Below are positions 38,946 through 52,558 of a stretch of DNA of 64,000 nucleotides, piece after piece. The notes beneath the pieces are model-generated. The model was not told the origin of the DNA. It ran no database searches and was given only the letters and a program-made list of their open reading frames with translations. Each line of letters starts with the position of its first letter. Position 1 is the stretch's first letter. The translations under genes were made by a program, and so were the position numbers. This stretch comes from Octopus sinensis (taxonomy: Eukaryota): NCBI RefSeq assembly GCF_006345805.1, contig NC_043017.1, positions 22,444,001 through 22,508,000 of the forward strand, read 5' to 3'.

Positions 38946-40339
38946 TGTACTTTTTATTTGTTTTTTCCGATTGGTTTTTAACAAGTAAATTATTATTATT
39001 ATTTTTTTTTCTTTTGTATTTCTTTTTTTTTTTTTTTTTTTGCTTTTCAAGTTGAATAACTAAATAAACCCATAATTAAACTGTTTATATAGCGAAATAC
39101 AAATGTATCGACCACTGCAACCGAGAGGTTTCCATTCACACAGCATTGGTTGTGGCACGGTGCATTCACAGACACTGATCCTGAAACAGCATGAGAAGGC
39201 CACAACCAAGTATACGCAACATGCATGCTTCCTTGAAACTGACTCACACGCACACGCACACACAAACTTTCTCTCTCGCACACACGCACATGCATACATA
39301 GAAGTATAACAGTCAAGGCTAACGATGGAAAATTTCCATAATACCCTTTAATTATTTATCGGTCAATATAGAGTATAGGATGAACTTTCGGATCCAATTA
39401 GATTATTTAGTATTCCATGTTGTATTTGTAAAAAGGATATTTTTTTCCCCCTCAATCAATTCTATCTTCAATGCAAAGCATAAGGTAAAGGTTCAAATCT
39501 GGCTAAAGTTAAGTATTCTCTGTTTGTGGGTGGTTGTTTCATTTTCCTTTTTGGCATTTATTTTTTTACCTTTTCATATTTTGGGATCAGCGGAATGAAA
39601 CAAGCAAATATTTTACTTGGGTTTGTGAAAATAAGAGTGTCACGCAGTAGAAAATTTGCCACTAGATTCATCTAACCCATGCCAGTCTGGGAAAATGGAC
39701 ACACAGCCAAACAAATATATATATATAATATATACTTTTTATCTTATATTAAACTTCTTAATACTTTTTGATAGTTATATATATTTAATAAAAAAAATTT
39801 TTTTTATTTTTTTAAAATAAATAAATAAAATATACATATATATATATATATATATATATCAAAATTTTTTAAATCTATAAATATAAATTAATAATTTTAA
39901 TTTTAAATTTAAATAATTTAAATTTTTTAAATTTTATATATTTTGTATATTATATTAATTATTATTATTTTTATTTTTATGCTTTGGTTTATGTTTTTCA
40001 TTGTTTGATTTGCCTAATAGTGGCTTTATCTCTAATTTAATTTATATAATATATATATACACATATATATAAAATGTAAAGGAATATGGATTTGGATCTA
40101 AGCAGGTCTCTTATTAGCTCTCTGACCCACTAGCATGGGTAAAATCTTGAACAAAGATGCATAGGAATGTGTACTTGAGATGAATCTATACTGCAACTGA
40201 ATCAACTAAATGCACATAAATGCCATATCAAAAGTCATTCGGACATCTATCAAGCAGAAGCATGTGTTAGATTGGAATTTAATGAGAGTAATACTGTAAT
40301 AAACAAATTTTGAAAATCTTTCGATTATTTATAAATATA

Positions 40340-40740
40340 GGCGCAGGAGTGGCTGTGTAGTAAGTAGCTTGCTAACCAACCACATGGTTCCGGGTTCAGT
40401 CTCACTGCATGGCATCTTGGGCAAGTGTCTTCTACTATAGCCCCAGGCTGACCAATGCCTTGTGAGTGGATTTGGTAGACGGAAACTGAAAGAAGCCTGT
40501 CGTATATATGTATATATATATATATATGTGTGTGTTTGTGTGTCTGTGTTTGTCCCCCTAGCATTGCTTGACAACCGATGCTGGTGTGTTTACGTCCCCG
40601 TCACTTAGCGGTTTGGCAAAAGAGACCGATAGAATAAGTACTGGGCTTACAAAGAATAAGTCCCGGGGTCGATTTGCTCGACTAAAAGGTGGTGCTCCAG
40701 CATGGCCGCAGTCAAATGACTGAAACAAGTAAAAGAGTAA
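40340..40740 (+). mobile_element. SINE family A, full length
   Basis: Complete head-to-tail match to the other copies; additional copies at 45772-46160(+), 47110-47455(+), 50505-50893(-), 53968-54342(-), 55516-55912(-) and 60987-61630(+, split). Confidence 0.9.
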
Positions 40741-41345
40741 AAAAAGAGTATATGTATATATTTCTTTATTTGTGAATTAACACTACCACTGGTTTCATGT
40801 TAAGAAGAGTGGGAAAATCCAAGTATCTTAACAACTTTTCAAGTCGATCACATGGAGAAAAATGTTCACCTGCAATTTGCTAAAAACTTTCTCATTTCAT
40901 TCATGGAAATTTCTCATAAATTCACATAAGTGAAATCCCATAAATGAAACGAGGTTGTTTTCCAAAATGGAAGCAAACACCTTTCTCCATGGGATTGGCT
41001 TGAAAAATTAAGATGCTTGAATTTTCCCATTCTTCTTAGCATGGAACCAATTGTAGCCTTAATTCATAAATAAAGAAATTATTTATCCACCAATGTGGTG
41101 TTGAGCATTCATTCCAACGTTCTACTTTTATGTATATATGCATGTATGTATATATATAAAATTAGAGTTTTACATTTAATTTTTCATGAGAGCATGGGTT
41201 AGACAACTTTTTCTGAAGTAATATTTTACAATCAAATGCCCTCCTTGTCATCAGCTCTTTTAGGTGCCACATACAACATTATGAAACATATTCTAAAATT
41301 GGATGCAATGACTTAAAAATGCATGCATGCATATAAATATATACA

Positions 41346-41408
<63 letters not shown>

Positions 41409-41481
41409 ATGCATGCACACATATATATCATTTACTGTTCCAGTATAGGTAGGATCAACAAAAAAGTACTTCATCCAAGTC

Positions 41482-41764
41482 CTTGTGGTTGTGAAAAGAA
41501 TAGGTATAATAAAAGGTCACAAGAGTGGCCATAGGGACAAGAATGGGCCCCAACTATGCAAACCTGTTCATTGGCTACGGTGAGGCCCAAATATTCCCAC
41601 AATTCACTGGTTCCACTCCCAAACTATACAGCCATTATATCAATTGTGGGAATATTTGGGCCTTACCGTAGCCAATGAACAGGTTTGCATAGTTGGGGCC
41701 CATTCTTGTCCCTATGGCCACTCTTGTGACCTCTTATTATGCCTATTCTTTTCACAACCACAAG
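41482..41764. mobile_element. Fold-back duplication of a PLE reverse-transcriptase fragment (123 bp arms, 37 nt loop)
   Basis: Plus strand encodes RVAIGTRMGPNYANLFIGYGEAQIFPQFTGSTPKLYSHYIN, the PLE RT GVAMG.KMGPSYANLF ... RYIDD region; 41642-41764 is its inverted copy. Confidence 0.85.
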
Positions 41765-43282
41765 AACTTATAGCCAGCTACAGTAAACCCTGTGTTTACT
41801 TCTGCCTTTATAGCACCTAAAGAAAACTGTTGTAGGAGTGTATGGAGTGCATGTACTACAGCAGTACTATGCATAGGTAAATACTGAGACTGAAAATCAC
41901 TGGGGGTGCAAATTATGCCTACCTAATCTACAAAAAGAAATATAATATTTTGCATTTTATGCATAGTAATAAGAGTAACCTTCATAATTTTATTGAATTA
42001 GTTTGCCATAAAAGGAAAACGTTGCTGTTGATCTATTTTATTCAAGGAAGGCTCTGCCTACCTTGCCTACACAGGCGGCACATCCCTGATGTATATATAT
42101 ATATATATATATATAATCATTACAGATATAGGGTGAAAGATAATTAATTTAATAAAATCAACAAATTTCACCTAGTAGTATTTCGGTATGGAAAAGGACC
42201 ATATTTGGTAAAAACATATATAATTATAACAATAAGAGTTTTGCAACAAGTTGCACCTGTCTATATAAATGTGGATATGCTGATTAGCTTTTATATGTTC
42301 TGATGACGTTTGGTCGGAAATATAAGGGGTAAGTTTTCCTAGCATTTCTAGATTTATTTATCGGAATAATATTATGTTGATGAAGGAAATTAATCTTATG
42401 ATTCTAATCCAGAAACGTACGTCCATAATTAACCGAAGACTGTTTGATTTCATTATTTTTCTTTGCCATATGTGAGTTACAAATATTGTTGTCTCTGGAG
42501 ACATATTTTTGTAGAAAAAATAGTAGTCCTTTGGCTGCTATTTCTAAAATTTTCGGGCTGTGGTCAAGCAACTTGTAGCAAAACCCTTATTGTTATAAAT
42601 ATATATATATTCGTTATTAATATATTTTATTACATTCACACATATTTATACAGATAGTGATGTTTTTCTTCTTTTTTTTCCCAATACTGGCTCCAATTTG
42701 TCTGTCATTAGCCAATTCAAAAAATATAATTGTAAACCTTTCTATCACTCTGTCTCCACATTTTCTCCTCATCTATGTGATTTTTGTGTGTGTTTTTTTT
42801 TTGTTTTTTTTTTGTTTTTTTGCCTCCTTGAAATACATTCTTTTATACATGTTTGTTAAAGACATTTCTGAAAGAAAAAAAAAAAAAACTTTTAGGCAGA
42901 TTTTTATTCATCTGATCCTACTTTCTAACAACTAGCCGGGTTATTAAAAGAGGAGCTGTATGAATGTTATAGACCTAAATATTAAGTAGGGACCAGCTGG
43001 GATTTCAATAATGTCAAAATACCACTCTGTTAGTGAAGGAGATCAATTGTTTTTCATTAGAGTATTAATGTGCGAGCAATCATTAAGGAAATGGAAATAA
43101 CAATTTGTTTGTAATGATAATAATGTTGTTAAAGTGTTGAGAAAAAACAAATGATTGGATATCACCAGCTGAAAATGCTTACACAGATTTTAGAGATTTT
43201 TAAAACTCTAAAACAATTACTACATTAGCCAGATATAGTCTTCTGAATAAGCTGAAGTATACAACTACAGGGAACCTTTTAT

Positions 43283-43480
43283 AAGTTAAGTTAAGTTAAG
43301 TTAATTTTTTGGCTCAAAAAGCGAAAAGCAAGGCCATGTAGGGGGACATGGAGTTATGTACAGGGTGGTGTTCATACAAAGAGTTCAGGCCATTTCTTGT
43401 CAAGGGAGACTTTGAACCGAGCGGTCATCGGCATCTTCACTATCTCGTCCGGCAGCTTATTCCACGGATCCGCAACCCGT
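43283..43480 (-). mobile_element. CR1/L2-type LINE 3' terminal fragment
   Basis: Reverse complement encodes RVADPWNKLPDEIVKMPMTARFKVSLDKKWPELFV* (CR1 C-terminal RV...WN.LP...FK..LD) then a 3' UTR and an (AACTT)n tail. Confidence 0.8.
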
Positions 43481-43676
43481 TCATTTGTTTCAGTCATTGG
43501 ACTGCAGCCATGTTAGGGTACTGCTTTGAAGGGTTTAGTGAAAAAAAAATTGAACCCAGTATTTATTATCATTATTATTATTATTATTATTATTAATGTA
43601 ATCAACTTAATTGCTTCCCCCAAATTTGAGGCCTTGTGCTTCGAGTGGAAATAATAATTATCATTATTATTAAGGT

Positions 43677-44074
43677 TTACTATTGTTAAACGTCTGTATT
43701 CATACAATAACTGCTTCGTTTTTCCTATCTTCTCTCTACGAAATTTAACACTTTAACCCTTCAATCCTTAATTTTCATATTTCTCCGCCATTTTTCTTTT
43801 TCTTTTCTTCTACTTCTTCTTCTTCTTCTTAGTCGCCATTACGGTTTACGATTCCCAATTTTTAGACTTCCTTTCTTCTCCAACAGCGGCCTCCGGCCTT
43901 TATAATCGCAGCAAGTTGCAAAAACATTTTTATCCCATTAACTTTCGTACCTCATACGTTACTATTGTTAAACGTCTGTACTCATACAATAACTGCTTCG
44001 TTTTTCCTATCTTCTCTCTACGAAATTTAACACTTTAACCCTTCAATCCTTAATTTTCATATTTCTACGCCATT
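43677..44074. repeat. 116-bp direct repeat pair, period 282 bp
   Basis: 43677-43792 versus 43959-44074, 2 mismatches seen. Confidence 0.93.
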
Positions 44075-44486
44075 CGGCGGTGCCCCCGCCCTCCCACCCC
44101 CGCCACCAATACCGGTGAACACTGTTCTCATCCCCACCACCAATACCGGTGAACACTGTTCTCACCATCTACACCGGATATGCCCTCCTCCTCCCCCACC
44201 ACCATTGCGTGTGTCTCCCCTCCTACCCCTCCTTCTCACATGCTTTCACTGTGTACTACCCCTTCCCCCCCACCAAGTCAAGCTGCTAGCACCGCAGCTC
44301 ATTAACTGCCCCACTGATCTTACGTTACCTCCTGTTTAGAATCTGTCACTGCCTCAATCCGACCATCTCCTTCCAGTCCCCTCCCCGTCTCGTGATATCC
44401 TACGTTTTTATTTCTTCTGCACCAACCCATTCCTTGTCACCGTTCCTCCTTATCCAACCTTCCCCACTGGTGCTTCCTTATATTAC

Positions 44487-45280
44487 CTGCACCCCCCCAC
44501 TATCTCTCCCTCTCTTTCCACTGGTGGAACCTTTCTCAGCTAGACCCCCCCCCAACTCAGCTCTAGAAAAGCTCGAACCGATCGTGACCGATGCCAGACC
44601 CCCCGGCCACTGTGCAGGTGGCACGTAAAAAGCACCCAATCCACTCGCGGAGTGGTTGGCGTTAGGAAGGGCATCCAGCCGTAGAAACTCTGCCAGATCA
44701 GACTGGAGCCTGGAGAGGCCTCTGCACCCCCCCCTATCTCTCCCTCTCTTTCCACTGGTGGTGGAACCTTTCTCAGCTAGACCCCCCCCCCAACTCAGCT
44801 CTAGAAAAGCTCGAACCGATCGTGACCGATGCCAGACCCCCCGGCCACTGTGCAGGTGGCACGTAAAAAGCACCCAATCCACTCGCGGAGTGGTTGGCGT
44901 TAGGAAGGGCATCCAGCCGTAGAAACTCTGCCAGATCAGACTGGAGCCTGGAGAGGCCTCTGCACCCCCCCACTATCTCTCCCTCTCTTTCCACTGGTGG
45001 AACCTTTCTCAGCTAGACCCCCCCCCAACTCAGCTCTAGAAAAGCTCGAACCGATCGTGACCGATGCCAGACCCCCCGGCCACTGTGCAGGTGGCACGTA
45101 AAAAGCACCCAATCCACTCGCGGAGTGGTTGGCGTTAGGAAGGGCATCCAGCCGTAGAAACTCTGCCAGATCAGACTGGAGCCTGGAGAGGCCTCTGGCT
45201 TTCCAGACCCCGGTCAAACCGTCCAACCCGTGCTAGCGCGGAAAACGGACGTTAAACGATGATGATGATGATGATGATGT
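44487..45280 (+). repeat. Three tandem 235/238/235-bp units ending in one RTE-type tail and (GAT)n
   Basis: Unit junction CTG at 44487, 44722, 44960 and 45195; copies near-identical. Confidence 0.95.
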
Positions 45281-45735
45281 AACAAGCTAGCAGACTCGTT
45301 AGTACACTGGACGAAATGCTTTGCAGTATTTAATCCATCACTACATTCCGGGTTCAAATTGCACTAAGGTTCACTTTGCCTTTCATCCTTTCGGGGTCGA
45401 TAAATTAAGTACCAGTGAAATACTGGGGTCAATGTAATTGACTAACCCCCTCCTTATGGCAAAATTTGAATCCATTATTTTTATTTCTTTTTATCACAGG
45501 TTTTGTTGGAGCTCCTGGAGTCTTGTATTATTATCATTATTATTATTATTATTATTATTATTTTGCTTTCTTTTTAAGTCTGGTATTACTTATTCTATCA
45601 GTTATCCTAGATAACTCTAAAACGACAGGAAGGTCACAGATGAAATACTTTTGGTCTTATGACTGCGCGGTTAACATTTACCTGGGTTTAAACAACAACA
45701 ATATACATATACTCATGTACAGATATATCTATGAA

Positions 45736-45775
<40 letters not shown>

Positions 45776-46146
45776 AAGCTTGCTTCCTAACCACATGGTT
45801 CTGGGTTCAGTCCCACTGAATGGCACCTTGGGCAAGTGTCTTCTGCTATGACCTCGGGTCAACCAAAAGTTTGTGAATGGATTTGGTAGACAGAAACTGA
45901 AAGAAGCCCATCATATAATATATGTATGTAGGTATGTATATATATGTCTGTGTGTGCATCTTTGTGTCTGTGTTTGTCCCCCAACATCACTTGACAAATG
46001 ATGCTGGTGTGTTTACGTCCCAGTAACCTAGCAGTTTGGCAAAACAGACCAATAGAATAAGTACTAGGTTTACAAAGAGTAAGTCTTGGGGGTTGATTTG
46101 CTCAATTAAAGGTGGTGCTCCAGCAAGGCCACAGTCAAATGACAAA

Positions 46147-46320
46147 CAATTAAAAGAATAAAAGAACAAACAGACAGATCAGACATACACATACACACAT
46201 ATAGATAGCAACAGACAGACATATATATATATATATATATATATATGTCTGTCTGTTGCTATCTATATGTGTGTATGTGTATGTCTGGTCTGTCTGTCTG
46301 TTCTATTATTCTTTTAATTG
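46147..46320. repeat. Near-perfect palindrome centred on (TA)n
   Basis: 46147-46222 mirrored by 46247-46320 across the TA tract. Confidence 0.92.
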
Positions 46321-46328
46321 TTTCAGTC

Positions 46329-46369
<41 letters not shown>

Positions 46370-47293
46370 ATATATAGATATACACATATTTAGATAGCTA
46401 TAGAAAGATAGACGGACAGACAGGCAGCTCTGTGTGTGTCTGTGTGCATCTATGTATGTGTTGCGTTATCAAATTAGATCCTTTTTCGCTCCTCCCAGCA
46501 TTCGCTGGGAAACTAATATAAATGAACGCATACCATTTAGTGATCTCCCTCACATTCAATGCAGCCACGACCAAATGATAAAGCCTTTGTCTCACTATTA
46601 TTTCACCCGTAACTAATACTTGAACACAAAACATTTAGCTTCATTCACATTGATGATGTTATCTGAATGTTTCGTCCCTGCTTTGTAATTAACACAAGGA
46701 CATTTGTCCTGATCCACTCTCTCTCTCACTCTCTCTCTCTCTCTCTCTATCTCTATCTCCCCCCTCCCTCTCTCTCCCTCCCTCCCTCTCTCTCTCTCTC
46801 CGTCTCTGTTATCACAATAAAACATAAGGGAGGGTACAGATGACTTCATAGAAAACTGGTTAAATGACTTTACTGTTGTAGGTTTAATCAGACATAAATG
46901 AATAGAGGTTCACATGCACATGCATGCACACACACACACTCACACATAGAGGTCAAGGCAAGCATTGAAATGCCAGTGCGTTCTCAAATGCTCGAGCACT
47001 GACTGAATACGTACTGAAATCCCTAGAGTTGAGAAAGTCATAATACAAAGAAATGAAGGACATACGAACGCAATGGTGGAAAAGACGCAAATCTTCAATA
47101 AATGTAGACTTGGGGCATGGATGTATGGTAAAAAGCTAGCTTTTCAACCACATGTTTCTGGGTTCAGTCCCACTACATGGCACCTAGGGCAAGTGTCTTC
47201 TGCTGTAGCCTCAGGTCAACCAAAGCCTTCAGTGAATATGGTAGATGGATGGAAGCTGAAAGAAGCCCATTGTATGTATGTATGGGTGTGTGT

Positions 47294-47325
<32 letters not shown>

Positions 47326-47818
47326 ATGCATCTTTATTTCTGTATTTGTCCCCCACTACTACTTGACAACCGGTGTTGGTGTGTTTATGTCCCCATGTCC
47401 CCATAACTTAGTGGTTCAGCAACAGAGGTGGATGGGATAAGTGCTAGGTTTAAGATATACATATACACACATACAAATATATAGATACATATGTATGCAT
47501 ACAAACACACACACACACACATACACACACATATATCATCATCATCGTCGTCGTTTAATGCCCGCTTTCCATGCTGACATGGATTGGACAGTTTGACTGA
47601 GGACTGCTATGTCAGAAGGGTGTACTAGGCTCCAATCTGATCTGGCAATGTTTCTACAGCTGGATGCACTTCCTAACACCAACCACTCTAAGAGTGTAAT
47701 GGGTGCTTTTTACACGCCACTAGCATGAGGGCCAGTCAGGCGGTACAGGCATCGACCATGCTCAAATGGTGCTTTTTATGTGCCACCAGCACGGGAGCCA
47801 GTCAGGTGGCACTCACAA

Positions 47819-47859
<41 letters not shown>

Positions 47860-47972
47860 GTGTGTGTGTATACATGTGTGTGTCCCCCTTATTAATGCAT
47901 TTAATCACATTTACTCATTTATATACAAATAGTGATATTTTCTTTTTTCTTTCTATAATGGCTCCAATCCAG

Positions 47973-48126
47973 GATCAATTCATTCAGCTGAAAGCTCTTC
48001 CAACTGGTTAGAGGGTACTGTGTATATTCAAACCTATTCGTCTACATTGAGAAATTTTCTTAGTGACAACAACACAGCAAATGACTATCTTACAGGTTCG
48101 AATGGGACTCAACTATATTTGAACCG
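47973..48126 (+). CDS. Candidate internal exon (phase 1 to 2), unidentified, possibly extracellular
   Basis: Long pyrimidine tract ...caatccag|, 50 open codons (SIHSAESSSNWLEGTVYIQTYSSTLRNFLSDNNTANDYLTGSNGTQLYLN), donor CCG|gtaaca; two N-X-T sequons. Confidence 0.4.
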
Positions 48127-48369
48127 GTAACAAGTTTGTATTTATACACATCACTGCTCAACACTGTTGCTCAGTAAAGTTAAAATGATGATGATGATGT
48201 GTTTTTATACTTATTGGCATAAAATTAACCATTCTACAAAATAAATACTGTAGTTTATATGATCATGAAAGAGCCCTGAAGGTGAGACCCTAAATTGCCC
48301 ACGATGGAACATCATGACCACAATTCAAAGACAGAAACCAGTTACAGGTCAGCGAACATGGTGTCAACT

Positions 48370-48625
48370 GGTTCGAGAATGAAATTTGTTTTGGGGTGCA
48401 AACCCAGGTCCAAATTTTTTTTACAAACAAGATTTTGATATTGTTGTTTATTTTTGTTCTTTGTTCTTTGAGAAGAAACCTAACTTCAAACCGCTTCTTA
48501 CAGATCACTTTTATGAACTGCTTTCAAAACCTGGGAAAAGTAAGTAGGGACGCAAATTTTGATTCTTCACCCAACAAAAATTTTAGGTGCTCTAGCACCC
48601 CCTGCACCTCCTGTTTCCAGGCCCA
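48370..48625 (-). mobile_element. Unclassified interspersed repeat (possible non-autonomous DNA transposon); second copy 58795-59060 (+)
   Basis: Shared GGTGCAAG.GGTGC...CTCAAAGAAC.AAA...GGACCTGGGTTTGCA...AAATTTCATTC in opposite orientations. Confidence 0.65.
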
Positions 48626-49778
48626 TGAAGATGTCTGAATTCCTTAATAACAAATATTTTTATAAAAATGAAGAATGTGAATTTATTAATTCACTGATAT
48701 CAGAAACAAATGAAGATGGTTCACCTCAGCGGCATCATGGGGGAGCAGCATTTTATATATGTATCTCTCTCTCTCTCTCTGACTAGGTAACCATGTACTT
48801 CCTCTATAGCAAGATACCTGTTTCTGTCTCTCTGTCTCCCTCTGACCTTTCATTATCTGACACAAGATTCCCTCCTCGCAAAATTTCTTGTCTTGCAAGT
48901 TACTTGGTGACCCTGCCGGTGCTGGTGCCATGTAAAAAGCATCCAGTCCACACTATCAAGTGGTTAGCATTTGGAAGGGCTGTAAAAATCATGCCAAAAC
49001 TGACCTCGCCTGTGCAGGTGCCATGTAAAAAGCATTCAGTCCACTCTGCAGGGTGGTTGGTCTTAGGAAGGACATCCAACTGTAAAAACCCTGCCAAAAC
49101 AGACACAGTAACGTGAGGTAGCCTTCTGCCTGACCAGCTTCTGCCAAATCGTCCAACCCATGCCACCATGAAAGGCAGACGTTAAACAATGATGATGATA
49201 ATGATGATGATGATGTGGTGATGATGATTATGTTGTATTGGCAGCCCCTCCACTACCATCACCACACCTCCACTATTAGGTCGTGGGGGTGAGCCATTTT
49301 GAGGACCGCCCCAGACAGTTTACACTCTAACTATGCCACTGTGTTAATTTCTTCCCAACAATTCTTTTCCTGTTTGTTTTATAAAACCACTGGAACACCA
49401 TCTTTATCACACCAAGCAGAGGTCGTATTTCAATCAGAGATAATATTCTAACCGTAATGCCATAAAGCACAAAAGGATCAAAGCATTATACTGATTCCTG
49501 TTTAAAACCTACCAATGAGAACATTATCCTTTAAGCACTTATGCACCAGCGCAATGCCTGCCATCTCAGGAAACATTTGAACTGTTAATATTTTGATGAA
49601 AGAATCTTTACAGTGTGTTTCCTTAATGGTTAATCACTGTGAATATCTCAGATACATAAGGAGTCTTTTAAATGGAACACCTTATCTTTGATGTCTTTAT
49701 TACATTAACCACTCTCTATAGACCTTGGTGAGTACATCCACGCCATTAAACATCCATGCAATCAATACATACATACAT

Positions 49779-49817
<39 letters not shown>

Positions 49818-50934
49818 GTGTATATATATGCATGCAATGTATGTATTTAAACCTAACCCAATTTCTCAGTAGAAGCCATATTCACTTATAATTTCCAATG
49901 CCTTTTGAATGGAGCATGAATACTGTAGCCCCCTATTTTTCGAAGCCCATAATTATAGGCTTTATGCCTTTAATTCAACTTTGGTTAACATCTTGGAGAA
50001 AAATTAAGTATCTGACACTCTGATGTATTTTAAACCACTACATCAAAGCTAAATATTCATGGTGCCCTACACAGTTTAATAGGATACAGGAGATAATTTA
50101 CTGCACACACACACGCATACAGAATATATGTATATTCTTTTCTACTGTAGGCACAAGACCTGAAATTTTGGGGGAGGGGACTAGTCGATTAGATCGACCC
50201 CAGTACGCAATTGGTGCTTAATTTATCGACCCCGAAAAGATGAAAGGTAAAGTCAACCTCGGTGGAATTTGAACTCAGAACATAAAGACAGATGAAATAC
50301 TGCTAAGCATTTTGCCCAGCATGCTAACGTTTCAGCCAGCTTGCAGCGTTAGAATACATGTATGTGTGACTGTGTGGTTATGTGTTTTAATTTTCAAGCA
50401 TATGGTTTAGGTTCAATCCTACTGCATGATAGGACCAACAAAAGCTTTGCGAGTGGATTTGGTTGATGGTAGACAGAAAGCGAAAGAAGCCCATTGAATC
50501 TTTTATTCTCTATTTGTTTCAGTCATTAGACTGTGGCCATGCTTTCTTTCTTTTTGTTTTCTTAAGCCTGGTATTTTATAAGTCTCTCTTGATGAACTGC
50601 TAGGTTATAGAAACATAAACACACCAACACCAGTTTTCAAGTAATGGAGTGGGAAAACACAGACAAAGAGAGATAGACAGACAAGCAGACAGAAACACAC
50701 ACACACATATACACAGATATACATATATATGTGTGTAGCAGGCTTCTTTCAGTTTCTGTTAACCATATCCACTCACAAAGCTTTGATCAACAAAAGGCTA
50801 TAGTAGAAGACACTTGCCCAAGCTGCCACCCTGTGGGACTGAACCCACAACAATGTAGTTGGGGAACAAACTTCTTACCACAGAGCTACACCTAAACATG
50901 TGTGTGTGTGTGTGTGTATATATATATACATATA

Positions 50935-51260
50935 GGATAGGAGCACTCCGTCGGATGCGATGACGAGGGTCCCAGCTGATATGATCAACGGAACAGCTTG
51001 CTCGTGAAATTAACATGTAAGTGGCTGAGCAATCCACAAACACGTGTACCGTTAACGTAGTTCTCAAGGAGATTCAGCGTGACACAGGGTGTGACAAGTC
51101 TGGCCCTTTGAAATACAGGTACAACTCATTTTTGCCAGCTGAGTGGACTGGAGCAACGTGAAATAAAGTGTCTTGCTCAAGGACACAACACGCCGCTGGG
51201 AATTGAACTCATGACCTTACGATCATGAGCCAAATGCCCCTAACCACTAAGCCACGCGCC
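50935..51260 (-). mobile_element. tRNA-derived SINE family E; older copy at 51815-52112
   Basis: Reverse complement head AGGCGCGTGGCTTAGTGGTTAGGG...GAGTTCAATTCCC, then CCTTGAGCAAGACACTT. Confidence 0.8.
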
Positions 51261-52399
51261 TTATATATATATATATATATATATATAAGTGTGAGTGTGT
51301 ATATGTTAGCATTTCCTTGTCTTGGCATTGTGTAATAGTTGTTTTGATGAGTGCCATATGCAAGCCAAGTCATTCATTTCCAATCTTCCATGAAAATATA
51401 ACAGCCTGCCATGTGTGTGTGTGTGTGTGCGGGCATGGATGGATGATTTGACAGAAGCTGACAAGCAGGAGATGCTTCAATTGACTGTTTTGCCAAGGTT
51501 TCTATGGTTGGATACCCTTCATAATGCCAACCATTTTACAGAGTGTACTGGGTGCTTTTTACGTGGTACCAGCACCAGTGCTTTATATGTGACACCAGAA
51601 CTGGTACTTTATACATGACACCAGTATGGATTTTTTATATGTGATATCAATATAGGTGCTTTTATACGTGGCACCAGTACTGCCTGTGAAAGGATAAAAG
51701 GTCAGTCCAGAAGGGATTTGAACTCAGAACATAGAACTAATTTAATAATATTAATACCTTGTTCTAAAAGATGATGATGAAGCTGGTAATCATGGACTGA
51801 CACACCATCAGTTACCACAAGAGGGTTCAGTCGATCCAATCAACAAAACATCCTGCTTGTGAAATTAACATGAAAGTGGCTGAGCACTCCACAGACATGC
51901 ATGCACCCTTAATGTAGTACTGAAGGAGATTCAGTGTGTCCCAGAATGTGACAAGGCTGGCCCTTTGAAATACAGGTACAATTCATTTTTGTCAGTGGAA
52001 TGGGCTGGAACAACATGAAATAAAGAGTGTTGCTCCAGAATACAATGCACTGCCAGGAATCGAACTCTTGATCTTACGATCAAGAGCTGAATACCCTAAC
52101 CACCAAGCCACAGACATTCACAGTTGATAATCACGATAGTAACTTGAAAGTAATTGTTTAAAATTATCTGAATAAACCAGGAAGAACTAACACTAAATAA
52201 GAAAATTGAATTTATGAAAAAAACTATATACACATATATATATATATATATATACATACTATATATATACATATACATATATATATATACATATATATAT
52301 ACAATATATATATAACACATATATATATACACATATATATATACATATATATATATATTACATATATATATACATATATATATATACATATATATATAC

Positions 52400-52453
<54 letters not shown>

Positions 52454-52464
52454 TATATACAATA

Positions 52465-52500
<36 letters not shown>

Positions 52501-52527
52501 CATATATACATACATATATATATATAC

Positions 52528-52558
<31 letters not shown>

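Noticed and set aside
39050-39316. Cys-rich open frames with a good minus-strand acceptor
   Set aside because: No convincing donor, two alternative frames, no recognisable domain.
42218-42604. Degenerate ~37-bp inverted ends with an internal CTGATGA-CG..CG-GAAATATA
   Set aside because: Stem I is unsupported and stem II has only 2 bp; too weak to call a ribozyme.
44487-45197. Regularly spaced repeats as a CRISPR-like array
   Set aside because: Units are 235-238 bp contiguous duplicates with no unique spacers, in eukaryotic DNA.
45499-45530. GFVGAPGVL collagen-like micro-exon after a strong acceptor
   Set aside because: Only three Gly-X-Y triplets, no consensus donor, and no other collagen exons seen.
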